From the NCBI RefSeq assembly GCF_018350175.1, contig NC_058368.1, positions 3,472,001-3,536,000 on the forward strand: DNA of 64,000 bases, given 5' to 3'. Positions 62,051 through 64,000 of the stretch are shown in pieces (position 1 is the first letter of the stretch; every line of letters starts with the position of its first letter). Made by a program: the position numbers and the translations under genes. This DNA comes from Felis catus (taxonomy: Eukaryota). The notes beneath the pieces were generated by a model, which was given only the letters and a program-made list of their open reading frames with translations, searched no databases and was not told where the DNA came from.

Positions 62051-62255
62051 GGGGCACCTGGGTGGTTCAGTCGGCTAAGCATCCAACGCTTGGGTCGGCT
62101 CAGGTCGTGATCTCTCAGTGGTGAGATCGAGCCCTGCTTTGGGCTCTGTGCCGACAGCGCAGAGCCTGCTTGGGATCCTGTCTCCCTCTCTGTCTGCCCC
62201 TCCCCCACTCTCACTCTTGCTCTCTCAAAATAAATAAATAAATATTTAAAAAGAA
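62051..62255 (+). mobile_element. CanSINE
   Basis: Head, CT tract and tail. Imperfect TSD AAAAT(G/A)CAACC(C/G)CA. Confidence 0.96.
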
Positions 62256-62479
62256 AATACAACCGCAGTTCGCTATCTTAATTCCCAGCATGTTAAAATA
62301 TTGTGAGAGCACAGAAGAAAACGTATATAAAAGTGGGGCAATAACATCACTCTAGAAATTCTGTAAACAATTAAATAAATGAAAACGTATTGTTACAGAT
62401 AGATATTTTATCCCCAGCACGTGGATGAAATTAAACCCTCGGTATTTGCTGAATGGCAAATTCACTGGCTTGTTGTTAT

Positions 62480-62940
62480 TTTTTTTTTCCCCTAGTTCTG
62501 CCCCAGTGGCTCCAAAGAGTTCTTTTTCACCTTCGCCAAGAGAATTCCCTGTACTTCTGTTCTGATTTGGATTCTGTTTCCTTGATCCTATGACTTTCTC
62601 TCTCTAGGATTACTTTTCAGTTTCAGGGAAGACATTTTCCAGAGTTGCCTGAGAAATGGTACTTGGCAGGTCAATTTTTTGAGAACTTGCACGTCTGAAA
62701 ATGTCTTTATTATACTCATTCTTGATTTATGGTTGGCTAGGTATAAAATTCTAATTCCCTCAGCATTTTAAAGGTTTTGTTTCATTGTCTTCTAGCTCGC
62801 TGCACCGCTGTTGAGACGTCCAATGCCATTCTGGTAGTTCATTCATTTTGCAGGACCTGTTTTGTTTTTTTGTTTTGTTTTGTTTTGTTTTGTTTTGTTT
62901 TTACCTGTGGAAACTTTTAGATGTTCCAGACTATCCAACT
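62480..62940 (-). mobile_element. Old L1ME-like fragment containing (GTTTT)n at about 62859-62901
   Basis: TCTGAAAATGTCTTTATT..TTGGCTAGGTATAAAATTCTA..TTCATTGTCTTCTAGC..GCTGTTGAGA. Confidence 0.7.
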
Positions 62941-63575
62941 CCTAGCTTATTCTTAAAGTGTCCCCCATGTTTACTAACCATTGGTCATATGCAAACTAAC
63001 AAACAACTTCTGATTCTTATTTGCAAAGTGGGTAATAGAACATAGTGAAAGTTGCATCGAAACAGTAAGCTGTAAATTTTTTGTGCCGTGATGGGAGTCT
63101 TTTCTTTTTTTTGATTGGATAAAAGTACTATCAAAATCTGTGACCTTATCTCCACCCACTAAAAGAAATTCTAGGGAGCTTCTGACCCCAAATCTAATAG
63201 TCATCTCTTAGCTCTTGTCCCCTTGGACCCTCCTTTATTTAGATCACCCCTCTATAGCAGTCCCAGAATTTTTTCCTGTGCCGTTCCCTTAGTATGCTAC
63301 TTCTTGTCCCCTGCTACGTTTTCTTGCTCTTCTCTTCTTGACCCTGGTTCCTAAATGTGGATATGCCTTTCGAGTCTTTGCTGGACGTTTTCCTATATTT
63401 TGTGATACTCGTATTCTAAGACGCCCCATTTAATTTTAGGACATTAAAGGTCACCGTTAGGATTGTTACTTTCAAAATACATATTTGGGCGCGTGTTTTG
63501 TATGTAGTCTCATACTTCCAGCAGCAGCATCTTCAGTGTGTAAATGGAAGAGAGAGCAGAACCAAAATCTTAGAG

Positions 63576-63798
63576 GAGGTGTTGACAGACTTTCTCTGTA
63601 ATGGGCCAGAGATTAAATATTTTAGACTTCGCAGGATACACAGTCTTTGTCGTAAATGCTCACTTCTGCTACTATTGTGTGATGACAGCCATAGACAATA
63701 TCTAACCAGACAAGGGTGGCTGTGTTCCAAGCACACCTTATTTACAAACCAAGCAGCAAGCCTAATTTCACCCATTGGCTGCACTTTGCCAATGACTG
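63576..63798. mobile_element. MER58A-like hAT-Charlie fossil
   Basis: CTGTAATGGGCCAGAGATTAAATATTTTAG..CAGCCATAGACAATA..GGCTGTGTTCCAA..TTATTTACAAA. Flanking 8-mers TCTTAGAG / GTCTAGAG. Confidence 0.9.
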
Positions 63799-64000
63799 GT
63801 CTAGAGATTTGATCTGTGTCAGAAGATGACACTAAGTGGTTGTTTGACCTTAGGAGAATCGTTCAATGTCTTCAGGCCTCAGCAACACACAACTACTGCA
63901 CTAGAAATTATTTCCTTGACTGGTATTTTCTTCCTCTCATCCACTACCTTATGGGCCTACAGAACTCCTATTCATTTTTTTTAGACCCAGCTCAAATGTC

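Overview
This is mammalian genomic DNA from a carnivore, very probably a felid, because young CanSINE copies match the cat SINEC_Fc type and a felid-type L1 ORF1 is present. I found no recognisable protein-coding exon, rRNA, true tRNA gene or CRISPR array, so the window is intergenic or deep intronic. It is dominated by interspersed repeats: about 16 tRNA-derived CanSINEs (many with readable target-site duplications), a 6.35-kb carnivore L1 that keeps its 5' end but lacks its 3' end, several old L1M fragments, L2, MIR, L3/CR1, MaLR LTRs and DNA-transposon fossils (Tigger2a-, MER45A-, MER20- and MER58A-like). The only gene-derived sequence I can identify is a 5'-truncated processed ferritin light chain pseudogene nested inside a Tigger2-family element. 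Repeat-poor, CpG-retaining blocks at about 14.3-16.1 kb, 17.4-19.2 kb and 48.7-50.7 kb look regulatory, and a few splice-site-bounded exon candidates are noted. I see no evidence for a novel biological system. The best findings are insertion-mechanism oddities and weak transcript candidates. Repeat family names come from recalled consensus sequences, not from a search, and the boundaries of old repeats are approximate.
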